From: Vicugna vicugna
Lineage: Eukaryota
Direction of reading: 5' to 3'
Length of the DNA: 64,000 nucleotides
Assembly: GCA_013265495.1 (NCBI GenBank)
Contig: MU058844.1
Location: forward strand, 3,357,819 to 3,421,818
Positions within the stretch are counted from its first letter, which is position 1, and every line of letters starts with the position of its first letter. This document shows positions 22,396 to 35,450 of this stretch, piece after piece. The notes under the pieces were generated by a model, which was not told the DNA's origin, did not search any database, and saw only the letters and a list, made by a program, of their open reading frames with translations. The translations under genes were made by a program, and so were the position numbers.

Positions 22396-23854
22396 CTAAA
22401 AAAACAACATGATTAGACTCATATTTGTTTAAGCACACAGGAGAGAGGATACTCATTTTCTCTTAGGATATTCAAGAAAATGCCTTCAGGAAGGGGGACC
22501 AGGTGGCCGAGGGATGGACGGAAATTTGGTAAATACTCTTGTAATATTGGAATTCTGTATCATATACATTTATGACCAATAGAAAAGATAACTTAACAAC
22601 AAATGCAGAAATTGGAGGCAGTGCCATTTCTTTCCAGAAAAAGATACTCCTCACAGAGCAAACCTCTAATTAACTGTAGTTGATTTTGGTTAAATCAGTG
22701 AGAGCTCAGGTTGACTGAAGTTATTGCTGCTTCTGGTGTCGCAATAACTGTTGGCCTTTTGGACATTATGGAGAGCAAACCATTTGCATTCTCTTTATTA
22801 TCACCTCCAGAAACGTGGCACTGGCTTACGTGAGCATGGACTTTGTTCTTTCTTCTGTCCTAATGAGGATTTCTTGAAATAATGGATTATTGTTATAGAC
22901 TATAAATAAATTCTTTTTAAATAGGTAGATTACCAGTTAAACTTTTCTCTTAACTTTCTCCCTTTGACATTTTATCTCAAAATAGACCAGTGAAGATGAC
23001 AATTGGTACAAGCTTTGACATTCTGAATGATGTGGTAATGTTTATAGAGGGTGTGGCTCCCTGAAAATGTATGAAAGCAAATTCCAAGTTGACATTGTGC
23101 AGAACTGACTCCAATAATCAAATACCTTCTATCATCATGGTATAAGGGTTTGGCGGGGCAAGGATAAGGAAGTAAGGGGGAAGTTCAGTGTTGGTTTTCA
23201 TGGTTTCTAGTAAGAATGCATTCATGGGGTTTTTGTAGATTGTTGGTCTTTTTTTCTGTTTTCTTGAAATTTGGAAGAAAAGGTGGAATGTGGCCTGAAC
23301 CTCACAGCTCTAATTGGCACATCTCTGCCTCTGGAGTTTCATAATTAGTAGGGGTTGGAAATACCACCTCGCTCTAAGGTTTGGCTGTCCTGTCTGTCCT
23401 TTAACCCATGTGTTCATCCTGCCCTCTCAGTCTCTTCTCTTTAGCGAACCTCGTGCTGATAATGGCAAGTGTTGCTTTAATAGGAATATGCAGCCATCAA
23501 CTCTAAATTTATGATTTTGGAGCATCCACTATGGTTAAGATACCCTTTTCCTTTTCAGCCAAAATATGTGAAGGCTCAAGTCCTGTGTCACCTTCTCGGT
23601 TAAGCATCATATTCTCATCCCACTGTCCCCTTCCCTTCCAATTCATTATTGCTTCACCAGGATCCTGTAATACTGTTTTTTCCTGGTCCTTGTCATGTTG
23701 ATTATTAGCGACCCTGTAAACCTTCAGTGAGTTAATGAATCATTAACTCTCTCTACTGCCTCTCTCCCATTTTCTCCTCAGCCCGCATCATTCCAGCTTT
23801 GATCCCACCACTTCACTGAAACAATTCTTACTGCCAAACCAGCATTTGGCCAAC

Positions 23855-24002
23855 GGCCGGCTTCTTGGGCAAATGACCTGTGTAGGTCCTACACTTGTTT
23901 AATGCTCTGCTATCACTGTCTTGACATTCTTAATGATTCTTCTGCAAGGGCCCCTACATTTATGTTTTACACTAGACCCCACAAATTATATCACTGGTCC
24001 CG
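23855..24002. mobile_element. MER91-like hAT remnant
   Basis: tttaatgctctgct...gtcttgacattcttaatga...caagggcccc...cccacaaattat...ggtcc. Confidence 0.6.
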
Positions 24003-24510
24003 TCCTGTTCAGGCCTGATCTTACTAAATCTCTCCGAAGCACCTGACACAGCTTGCCACCCTTTTGGAACACGTACTGAATTCCTGGACACCGTGGACCC
24101 CTTGCTCCTCCAACTTTACTCATGGCTCCTTCCTTTGCTCTTCCTTCTCTCCAGGTTAAGTACCTTCATCCTCTCCTTCATCTAGACTCCTTTCCTGAGT
24201 GAGCTCTTCCAGTTTCCAGTCCTTAATGTATTTATCTGGATGGCTGGTGCTGACAGTAACAAAAACTAAAACTAGCAATAATAGCTACATTTGAGTGTTT
24301 TCTGTGTGCCAGGCACGTATTACAAGTATTATTTTCCTTAATACTTTAAATGCCTTAATCTCATTAAATATCTCTAAGATTCACCTGGGTGCCCAGGCCA
24401 AAAGCTGGCCACCCTTGTTTTCTTTTCTCTTTCTCTCCCTCACACCTAGTGTATTGGCGAGCCTTGCAGACTCTCCATTTACGATGTATCTTGGTTCTGA
24501 TCACTTCTCC

Positions 24511-25121
24511 TGAGACAGGGGGGAAGGGGGCAAGGCACAACCACTGAAGGAGTAACACAGCACTGAGGACAGGACACACTGGTTAGAACCAAGATGGTGG
24601 AAGATTCAACTTCCAGTAGACCTTGAGCCTCATGGCACAGCCACAGTCACCATGATAGTCCCTAGGCTGACGATTAAAGGTCAAAAAGTGGTTGGGGGCC
24701 CAATTCCTAGAAATCCCTCCCCCTCCCCCAAAGTAGTTGGAATAGTCCTCCTATTCCATATGCTAGTCGTATGCTAATATTATTAGCATATGAAATTAAT
24801 GAGCTCATAAAAACTAGCAACTCTGCACCTCATGGTCGCTCTCTCTCTCGCCTTCTGAGATGGACCGCACTCTGGAGTACGCATCTACTTTTATTTTAAA
24901 CACCTCCACACCTCTTAGTCTCTCTCCCTCTCACCCTTCGGAGATGGCCCACATGCTGCCTATTAAGTATGTATCTCCTAAGCTGTTTCCCCTTTTGAGT
25001 GAGTCAGACCCCACTCTGTCTGTGGAGTGTATATCTCTCTAAGTAAACTTGCTCTCACTTTACTATGTCTTGCTCTTGAATTCTTTTCCTGTGTAAGACA
25101 AGAACCTGTTCTCTGGCACCA
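24511..25121 (+). mobile_element. ERV1-type solo LTR, 611 bp
   Basis: TG...CA termini with a 4-bp target-site duplication CTCC (24507-24510 and 25122-25125); interrupts an L2; U5-like ctcttgaattctttt...aagaacc. Confidence 0.8.
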
Positions 25122-25249
25122 CTCCTACTTCCACAGCCTTCTGCCTAGGCCACACCACCACCTTCTCCTGGCTGGATTATTGCAGTAGTCTCCTAACAGA
25201 TTTTCTTCTTCCCCTGTGTATACTCCTCACAACAGCCAGAGTGAGAGTT

Positions 25250-26400
25250 GTTTGTTTTGTTTAAACATTTTATTGACGTATAAGATACGTACCACAATTG
25301 GACAACTTGCTGAATTTTCACAGTGTGACATGCTCATTTTGCCAACACCCAGAGCAAGAAACAACATTACCAGTCCCCTCAGAAGCCCCTTGTGCTCCCT
25401 TATAGCCTTTATCATCCCTCCCTGCCACCCACGTAATCTCTGTGCTGACTCCGCAGATCAGGTTTGCTTGTTCTTCATATAAATGAAATGTCAGGACACA
25501 GTGGGTACACTGTATGAATATACCACAACTTATGTAACTGTTCTACTTTGATAGATAGGTGAATTTCTAGTTTTGATCTACTTTGAATAGTAGTTTCACA
25601 AGCATATCTGTACATGACTTCTGCTAAACATGCATACAAATTTCTGTAGGTATATATCTAGGAGTGGATCGCTGAGTCACATGGTAAGTGCACGTTCAGC
25701 TACAGTGGGTTTCAAGACAGTTTTTCAAGGGGGGTTATAACCACCGCATTATGTGAGAGTTCTGGTTGTTCCACATCCTCACCAAGAGTTCGTGTTATTT
25801 ATCTTTCTTATAGTAGCCATTCTATTAACTGTGTACTGATAGCTCATTGTGGTTTTAACTTGTACTTTCTTGGTGACTGATGGATTTGAGCACTTTTTCA
25901 TATGTGTCAGCCATTTGGCCATTTGAATATCCTTTATGAACTGACTGTTTAAGCCCTTTCCTATTTGCCTATTGTGTTCTTCTGCCTTTCCATATTGATT
26001 TGTAGGATTCTTTATGTATTCTTTGTTATATGTTGGATAAATGTTTGAAAGGATATTCTTCCTCTCTGTGGCTTGCCTTTTCACTTGCTTAGTGGTATCT
26101 TTCAATGAAAAATATTTCTTGATTTTAGTACAAATTTTCATTCTTTTCCTGTAGTAATTTTAGTAGGTTAGTATTTTTCATGTCCTGTTTAAGCAATCTT
26201 TGCCTACCCCAGAGGCCATGAAGATTCTCTCCTTTGCCCTTTTCTAAAAGCTTATTGTGTTACCTATCACATTTAGATCTGCAATTTGCATGTAATTATT
26301 TTTGTGTATAGTATAAAGTGTAGGAGTCAAGATACATTTTTTTCCCTTATGAAAGAATAACCAGTTGACCCAACGTAATGTTTTGTAAAAACCATCCTTT
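25250..26400 (-). mobile_element. Old L1 ORF2/3' UTR fragment
   Basis: Minus-strand ORF 25779-26141 retains L1 ORF2-like peptide (KRQATE...KDIQMA..HMKKCS...VKTTMSY). Confidence 0.85.
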
Positions 26401-27140
26401 TGTCGCTGTCAGAGTGGCAGTTTTCTTAAATAAGATCTCAAGATCCCCCTGCTCAGAGTCCTTCAATGGCTTAGAATTAAACACACACCCCTTACCAAGG
26501 CTCCTTACCTTTACCAGCATCTGCTTTCTTCTCGCTTCCACGGTTCTCTTTCTCCCCTCCCCTCTGGACATGCTGGTCTCCTTGCTGTTTCTCAGGCTTC
26601 CAAGCGCATTGTCTCAGGCCCTCGCACATGGGGTTCCTTCTGCCCAGGGTGCTCTTTCTTCACTGCTTAGCCTGGATTACTCCTCATTTCTTTGTTCAAA
26701 TGCCCCTTCCTCGGTAAGACCACTAATCACCCCAAAGAACATTAAGGATATGGTCAAAAAGTATAAGATTCCACTGGAAGTACTAGGAATATAATTACGT
26801 GATTAATATAATTAACACTGCTGTATGTTGTATATGAACGTTGTTAAAAGAGTAAATCATGAGTTCTCATCATGGGGAAAACATTTTTTTCTCTTTCTTT
26901 AATGAAAAATAAGAGATGATGGATGCTCACTAGACCTATTTTGGTAGTCATTTCATGATGTATATCTCAAAACTGGAAGGAAAAAAAGAATAAATAATAT
27001 ATAAAAGTCCTCTGAACAAGAATGAAAATTTGTACTAAAATCAAGAAATATTTTTCATTGAAAGATACCACTAAGCAAGTGAAAAGGCAAGCCACAGAAA
27101 GGAAGAATATGCTTTGAAACATTAATCCAACATATAACAA
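26023..27140. repeat. Inverted duplication with arms 26023-26145 and 27018-27140
   Basis: The reverse complement of the left arm matches the right arm at 119 of 123 positions without gaps; spacer 872 bp. Confidence 0.92.
26745..27000 (+). mobile_element. L1MA9-like 3' end with an internal deletion
   Basis: Same motifs as the copies at 3785-4040 and ~22140-22395, but lacking the tcattatgctg...cagtg block. Confidence 0.7.
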
Positions 27141-28584
27141 CATTTAACAATGAACTATCTCCTACTCTGTTGCAATTCCTTAAGAGTAAGAGGTTGTGTC
27201 TTATTTCCTCCTGCAGATCTTGTTTGCAGTGTAATTCCTTAGAACTCAAATAGAGTCCTAAGTATAATACACGTGGTAATTCCCTACTTTGTCTACATTA
27301 ACCCCAGATAATTCAAACCATGATTTATTTAATAATTTGATAACTATAATGGAACATCAACTTTTTGTACTTTAAAAAAAAAGGGGGTAGTATACAGCTT
27401 ATGAACTCACTTTAAATATTTTATATGGAAACAATGTGTAGGCTAAGTCCAAATGAATTTTATTGATAGCTCAGGAACTTAAAAGGCTTTCAGTGACTTA
27501 ATATTTTCCTTATCAGTAACACTAATCATATTTCAAGTTTATCAAGTTGTATTTTTTCCTACATAGTCTATGATCTAGACTTGGTGATTCTCATTGACAT
27601 GGTTCTATCATTGGGGCTGTTTTGGGGCTACATGGATATATAAAATTTATTTTGGGGGCAAGAGTTAGATCCATCTTTTATTTGTTTCTTTATTCTTTGT
27701 CCAAGGCATTTATTTCCACCACTGGTTCCATTTGTTTTCCTTTTCTTAAAGCCTTAAGCTGATGTCTGAATCACATGATTCTTTTCTTAATTGTAGAATG
27801 TCATAGCAGAGCAAAAAGAGTCTTTAAGATCATTTTATCTAGCTATAAAAGACATTACAGGGTCAATTAACAAGATTAGAAAACAGTAGATTAAAGAATT
27901 GCCAGTGATAAACTTTCTGAAGTTGATTATTGTGATACTGTTATGTAAGAGAATATCTTTATTCTTATCTAGAAAAATACACTTAAGTGTTCAGGAATAA
28001 AGGTGCCATGATGATGTATTTACTTACCCCCAAATGGTTCTGGGAAAAAAAAATTGTGTATGTGTGTAGAAAGAGAGAGTGGGCACGGGAGTAAATTATA
28101 AACTGAACAGCACAAAATAGTAACAACAGGTGGGTCTGGTAATGAGTATATTACTGTTCTTTATACTGTTATTATGACTGTTCTGGAACTGTGAAATGGT
28201 GTCCACATACACAGTTTTTTAAAGTCATGTCATTTAGCCCTCTTAGGAAGAGCATTCCGTCCGTATGACACAGAGGGTAAGTTGCTTTCCCAGTCACCGT
28301 GAGAGACAGAACTGACTCCCAGTCCTATGTCTCTGTTATATTGTGCTATCTTCTTCTAGTGAATAGTCACCGAGTTCTAACCAAAACAGGAGCCAGTAAT
28401 CCTGCTGTGTGACTACGTAGGACGCAGCGAGGCTTACATATTAGTGATGTGGCTTTGGGTTTCTTTTACAAATATTTCTGCCATTACCTGTCAGCCTTAC
28501 AACCCCCAGCCCCTCTGTTGCCTGGATGTCTGGTTATTAGATATGCTGCCCATTGTAATGAGACATGCCTACTTTGCTTTTTAA

Positions 28585-28791
<207 letters not shown>

Positions 28792-30221
28792 TAAGAGGAA
28801 CAAAGAAACATCTAACATGCTCTGAATTTAGGAATGAGAGGGAAAACTGGAGACTGGCTGTTCCTTATGCCCTTCTTGGAATGCCTAACCCCCCAGTTAC
28901 CTGCTCATACTTAGTCACAACCGAGGTGTACTGCCCTTCTCATAAAGTCACACTTTCATAACATTTTTGTCCTTATCTTTAACTCAATAGTTATGTCTTC
29001 TATTTGGAAACTATTTCTAACTGTGGAAATATGCCTAATATGTCTTAAGGCGTTTTTCTGGGGGGGGGGAGCAAGTTTAGGAAGGGTGATGGTTATCAAC
29101 CCCTTCATAAACCTGATACAAGCTTTCGATCTTCTCCCCAGAGACACACATTGGTCTGTAGAACCAAATATTTACAGTTTATTAACCTACTATTGCCCAT
29201 TCGTGGATCCTCTAGGGGACTTTGAACCTCTTTAAACCTTTAAAAACCCCTGTGCCAGAATTCTTAGATGCGTATCATTCACTTTTGGCCTCCAGAATTT
29301 TCTTGTTAAAGAACATTTCTGACAAATGTATGAACCCCATGGCATTTGTGTATGGTCCTATCCTATCCTAACAAAGCTCTCTGTAAGAGTCTTTTCAAAC
29401 CCCAGCTGGTAGCCCATCTATTTTAAGCAATTATTGAGCCATGATTTTTTTTAAAGTTTTTAAATTCTTAATTATATACATTTTCAAACATACATGAAAG
29501 TGGAATGGATAGCTTGGCAGCTCCCTCCCCACCATACCCATCAACCAGATCCAGCAGTTACCAGTGTTCTGTCAACTTTGTTTTGTCTGTTCCTCCTCTA
29601 CCCCCATTCTTTTTTTCCTGGAGTACATGTTTTTAGAACAAATCCCGCATGTCATATAATTTCCCCCCATGAAGACTTCAGAGATTAAGAAACAAGCATT
29701 TTCCTTCACTCTACAGTGGCAGGACTTGCTTTGTGGCACATGACTGAACAGGCCGAAGCCCTCCTGAGTGAATGAAAGTTCCCAGGGCACTTTCCTGCCA
29801 GTGGACACTTCTTCCCCTGCCACTACCCAAGGGAAACTCCGTGCTGAGAAATCTGAACATTATCTCGAGGTAGCAAAAGCGATTGAGGAGCTGCGACATG
29901 TTATCATGACAGTGCAGAGGGCAATGTAGAGGGAATTGTAAGGGAAGGCATTTTCTAAGATCCTTAACCTTGGGCATTTAGGACCAGTGGTTTACCGTTT
30001 TCAGCACAGCATGCCTCAGTCTCCCGTTACTAATTCAAGGAAATCTCGGTGAATAGCCTGTCTAAGGGTAGATAAGCTAAAAGCACACTGAATTATTGAA
30101 GTGTACCGGCCAGTTAAAGTGCAGCAGTTAGGCTTGTGTCGCTGTCTGTGGTTCCTCTTCCTAAAGCATCATGGTGGGGCCAGGGCAGTAGTGGATCATG
30201 GCGATGAGAAGGAGACTGACG

Positions 30222-30700
30222 AATCAGTTGTCTGTCGCTGTGTAACAGTCCCCAGAACTTAGTAGCTTAGTAAAATAACTAGCATTTCTCAGTTTTGTGG
30301 GTTTCCTCTGCCCTGTTGGTGTTGGTTATTCCTCACGCAGCCCCATAAAGCTGGCAGCCGGGCTGGCAGGTCCAGTGCCTCACTCTCAGGCCTGCAGCCG
30401 TGGTGCTGGCTGTTGCTGGGATGCCTTGGTTTTCCATGTGCCCTTTCTCCGTTAGCAGCAGGATTTCCTTATAGCATGGCAGCTAGATCTAGGATGGTAA
30501 AAGCCGTAGCTGCTAGACTTCTAATAAAGGCTGGACCTGAAACTTGCACAGTGTCCCTTCTGCCACACCCTGTTGGTCAAAGTAAGTGACACCACCTGCA
30601 GAGATTCAAAGGGAGGGGCAGTCGGTGGATTCCACATCCTGTGGTAGGGGAGTGGTGGTGTGTGCACAGGGATGACGGGAATTGCAGGTGAATGCATACC
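30222..30700 (-). mobile_element. Old MLT1-family LTR
   Basis: gctgtgtaaca...cttagtagctta...cttctgccacaccctgttggtcaaagtaagt...gattcaaagggagggg. Confidence 0.6.
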
Positions 30701-32965
30701 ACGGCTGGTGACTGGCAGGCTAGGAAAGGAGTGGGAGCCAGGTGGGAAGCAGGTGTGGCCTGGTGCTCACCACAGTGGGCAGTCAGGAGAATTCAGGCAG
30801 AAAGGGCAGTTCATTGTGTGGGAGGCAGAAAGTTAAGGCAGGGTGAGGAACTGGAAATCTGCTAAGCACCAGCACAATGAACATAAGGCAGTCTTATCTT
30901 GGTTTCTTAAATGCTTCCTGTTGAGACCGGATCCGGATCCGGCAGTCTCTAGGTGGAGGAGGGGCTTTCAGAAAGAAGGCAAACAGGATTGCCTCCTGGA
31001 GCATGGAGGGCAGCACTGAGATCAGGGCAGATCTTCGTGATACTGACTGTCTCTTGGCTTCCTGGTCAAAGCAGGTGCCAAGCCTTCTCTTTATCTTCTC
31101 TAGACTTCATGCTTAAAATCAGGCATCTAGTGAATTCTATTCACAGAACTTTCCCTTGAAACCTCCCTGAACTAGTCCCTGAATACTCACTCCTATGTTT
31201 TAAAAAAATACTGATTTTAGTTGTCCCTAGTGTAATATCATATATAACAGGTGGTGGAGATTTGTAACAGTCTCCTCTGCTTTCTACAGACCACTGGAAG
31301 GGTAAGCCAGGTTGGATGGAAGAACATTTAAGTATTAACTTTTCCCAGCAGAATTCAGCAAAAATGTATTGAGCTCTCTTTATATACCTGGCATTGTGCT
31401 AAATGATAGTCTTTTAGGGATGAGTAAATCATTGTCTTCAAAAAAAATTACTGCTTTATAGGAGAGAAACAGGTCTATTTTTTTTAAAAAAGTACTGTAC
31501 AATGTAATAAGCAAAATAGATGTAGCAGAGAGGGACGGTGAAGACTCTGGGTTAGTCGAGGGGGCTTTGGGAGTAGGGGGCATAGTCAGGCTAAGAAGGA
31601 GTAAGTACTAAGCCACAGGTGTATTTGAAGCACCGTGACTGTTGTAAATGTGCAAAGTTCAGTGCGGTGGCAGGATGTCTCGCCAAAGAGCTTGGGCGTT
31701 GTAGTTTTCCTTGGAGAGCAGCCTGTGACATGTTTACACTGGGATTGACACGCTTGAAATTACACAGTTAGCAAGGTTATAAATGCAGTATGTAGGTGAC
31801 TGGAGGGGGATAAAAGATTAGAGCAGGGAGACCAGTTAAGAGGCTTTTGCTGTAATCTAGGTGAAGGATATTGAGGTTGTATCTGTTTTAGTGCAAGCAT
31901 AGCTGGGGTAGAAAGAAGAGGAGGAATTCAGAAGATGTCTAGGAGCCCGTAGCAGTATCTCTGTGGCTGAGTAGGTTTGCTGACCTGTTGGATGTTGGGG
32001 AGGAGGAGCTGAGGGTAACTTGCAGGCTTCTGCAAATTCTGCTGCCTGATCTTTTTCAAACAGTACTGGTGATTTTCCCCATAAGGCGTCACCTGTGTGA
32101 ATATGACTCTCTGAATGGAAAACTGGCTCGGTCTGAATGCAGTATAAAGTGAAAGCGCCGCGGGACTTGGGAACGTTGACGCGGAGTGGTGTGTCTCAGC
32201 CTGTCCCCAACTGTTTCAACATTTTCCCTGTTGCTTCTCCTTAGACACCACACAGTGTTTTCTCCAGCATTTTTTTTTCACTATTCTCTTTTTCCCAGAT
32301 ACAAAAAAATGCATCTGAAAATTCAAGGTGTTGAGTACTGAAGTATGTTATTACCATTTATCTTGTTTTATCTGTGAATGTAAGATCGAGCCTAGGGGTA
32401 AGTGAGGCCTTAGTTACACCCCAGGGGTCTCAGTTCCCATTCCTGGTGGGTGAAAACAGGAAAGTCAGATCTCTGAGGGACATTCTGTGTGGAGGCAAAT
32501 AACATAGGGGGCATCTCCTTCCCAACCCAGAATGCCAGTCCACACAACTTCACATGACCCCAGTTTGAAAACACTGCCTTAGAGCTCTTCATTTAGTGAA
32601 TCTTAGCTTTTCTAGGTTGCAGGTTCTTTAGGCCGTATGTTGCTGTCTCTAGAGGAACAACTTAAAATGCATGTTAGAGATGTGTTCAAAAGATTATTTC
32701 CCTAGCTTCCAATTAAAACAAAATCAGCAAATGCATTTTAGGGTGAGGACCACCAGGGTCTCTCTTATTAAGTGTCAGCTGTGACTTTAATTAACAAAAC
32801 CAGCTTGAAACAGCATTGATGAGGAATACAGTACAACACAGCCTTTTCACACTTTGGTCAGTTTTTAGAAGAGTTAAGCTATTTTATGTTTCAAAGTATG
32901 TATACTGATTAGATATTGATTATAATCAAATCCAATGTTATAAATATCAAACTGTTTATTTCCAG

Positions 32966-33145
32966 GAGAGGGAAGTCCTCTGAATTTAAAGCTCACACAG
33001 CTCCAGTTCGAAGTGTGGACTTTTCAGCTGATGGCCAGTTTCTAGCTACAGCTTCCGAAGACAAATCCATCAAAGTATGGAACATGTATCGCCAGCGCTT
33101 CCTGTATTCCTTGTACCGACATACACACTGGGTGCGCTGCGCCAA
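32966..33145 (+). CDS. POC1B: POC1B exon 4 ([19 protein letters not shown]...HWVRCAK)
   Basis: Acceptor tttatttccag, donor gtaagt, 180 nt; WD40 repeat. Confidence 0.96.
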
Positions 33146-33244
33146 GTAAGTGCCAAGTCTCACACTATGGTTCCGACATTTTTTCCTGCAAAGTCCATGT
33201 TTTACCACTCAACCCCCAGAAAAGGAGACTGAGGGCAAAATTAT

Positions 33245-33900
33245 TCGTTCATCCATTCATTCATTTATTCTTTCAGCAAATATTTATTGTGTGCCTGCTA
33301 CGTGGCAGGAATAGTAGTAAACAAAACAGTCAAAACCCGCTGCTCTCAAATGACGCTTATGTTCTAGAGAGGAAAGCATGATGATAAACAAATAAGCAAT
33401 TAGAGATGGTAGGTCAGATGGTGGTAAGTGCTGTGGAGAAAAACGGAGCTGGCTGGGAAGGCATCTGCTGGATTAAACAGGGTGTTCAGCGACTGCTCAC
33501 ACAGAGGGTGGCCTTTGAGCAGAGACCCGAGGAGGGCAGGGAGTGAGGCTTGAAGCTGTTTGGGAAAGAAGAGTCCTGCATAGAGTGAACAGGAGTAAAA
33601 GGCCTGAAGTGGGAGCCTGGTGGCTGTGTGAGGACAAGCGAGAAGGCTGGGGTGGCAGAGAGCAGGGGGAGGCAGGGGAAAGGAACAGCCGTGATGGACA
33701 TGCTGAGTGATGAGATGCACTGGACCGTGTTCATGTCTCCGATTTACATTTTAGTGAGATCGCTTTGACTGCTGGTGGAGAACAGCCTGTCAAAAGTCAG
33801 GGCAGAAGCCAGGAGGTGCTGTGAGGGGCCATTGCAGTAGTTCTCATCCGGGTTTGGTCCGGAGTGGTGGCCCTGGAGATTCCAAGAAGTGGTTGGATTT
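33245..33900 (-). mobile_element. L2 3' fragment
   Basis: ttcattcattcatt...caaatatttattg...gcttatgttctag; typical antisense L2. Confidence 0.75.
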
Positions 33901-33913
33901 TAGATAATCTATA

Positions 33914-34147
33914 CGGTTGACCCTTGACCAACACAGGTTGGAACTGCAAGGGTCCACCTACACGTGGATTTTTCAGTAGTAAATACCAGTGTGCTACACG
34001 AACCAAAGTTGGTTACGTCTGTGGATGCAGAACCGCAAATATGGAGGAACCTCGGCTTCAGAGGCCAGACAGATTTTGATTACATGTGGATTTTGACTTT
34101 ACAGAAGGTCGCCGCCCCAAGGCCCTATGTTGCTCAAGAGTCAGCTG
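33914..34147 (+). mobile_element. Short Tigger2a-like MITE inside L2
   Basis: TIRs cggttgacccttgaccaacac ... tgttgctcaagagtcagctg with TA on both sides. Confidence 0.8.
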
Positions 34148-35214
34148 TAGTTTGAAGTTATAGCCAGAAGTACTTGTCATGTTGGACGTGACAGGAAAGA
34201 GAAGAACCAGGAATGACTTCGTAATCTTCGGCAGCAGTCTGTTAGGACAGGTGTCAGGAATGTCAGCAAACAGCCCTGGGGCCCTCAGTCCCTAAGACTG
34301 TGTATCTCATTTCACCATCAGAGCCGGCCTGGGAGGGAAGGGCTGTTGTTTTAATTTCTCCATTTTGCAGATGAGAAAACTGAGTTTCAAGAGTTAGAGC
34401 TCATCTAGGTGAATGGGATTAAAAGCCCAAAGAAATTCTTGTCCACTTCTTAAGGGGGCTAGTTGGTGATGTGTTCACAGCCTTGGAGTTGGGAAGGAGA
34501 GACGAGAACCAGGGCTCCAGTGCTGTCATGTCTCTCTCTCTCTCTCTCTCTCCCTTTCCCAAATGCCAGCTTCAGTCTTTCAGATACCCTGGTGTGAGGT
34601 CACCACCAACTCTGGGCTGACATCCTCACAGCTTTGTGACTGGAGAGGGGACGCTGCTCCCAGCTCCAGTTAGAGAAGTACTAGGGGTGACTCTGACTCA
34701 GCCAGGACCCTGTGTCCATCCCTTCACCAGGAGTGAGATGCTGTGATTGTCCAAGTTCATCCAGGCACCCAACGGAGACCAGCTGCCCTGGCTGGGGAGG
34801 AGGGGCCACACCAACCATGTGCTCTGGTGGTGGAGAGAGAAGACAGTTCTCACAGGAAGGGGGCGGGCACAGAGGTAGTCACTGGGGGGACACTGTGGAC
34901 CCTGCGGTAACCTGGCTTTGTGCCCACTGTGTGACATAGCACGCTGGGTGTCCCCAGCTGGCATGTGTTGGGCGGGGGTATGAGCCCAGCTCTGTCTTGC
35001 CTGACAGCTCGCCTTTGTTGTGCTCTTACCCTTGTTATGTTCTCGGTGGGACGTTATCGCTCAGGAGGGGCTGATTATAATTTGTGCTAATGAGTCTAAG
35101 AAGGATAAAAGAAGATAAACAGAAGGTCATACTTTTAGTCAGTGGTTTTTTTTTCTCAGGGTCTCAGCTACTTTTGACTCCAGCCATCTCAGTATTATTT
35201 CTGTACGTGCCATG

Positions 35215-35450
35215 TATCTGTGTGGTTACGAGCACAGACGTGGAACCTAAATATATAGGTTCAGATCCCAGCCCCGCCACTTACTAGCTGTGTGACCTTT
35301 GGGGAAGTTACCTAACTTCTCACACCCTAGCTTTCTTACCTGTAAAATTAGCATGTTAGTAGTAACCTGCCACCTAGGTTATCATGGCCTTTAAATGAGC
35401 AAATTTGCCTGGAGCACCCACTTAATAATCACTAGATAAATCTTAGCCAT
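35215..35450 (+). mobile_element. MIR
   Basis: ggttcagatcccagccccgccacttactagctgtgtgacctttggggaagttacctaac. Confidence 0.75.

Noticed and set aside
25779..26141. 120-aa minus-strand ORF
   Set aside because: Decayed L1 ORF2 remnant, not a host gene.
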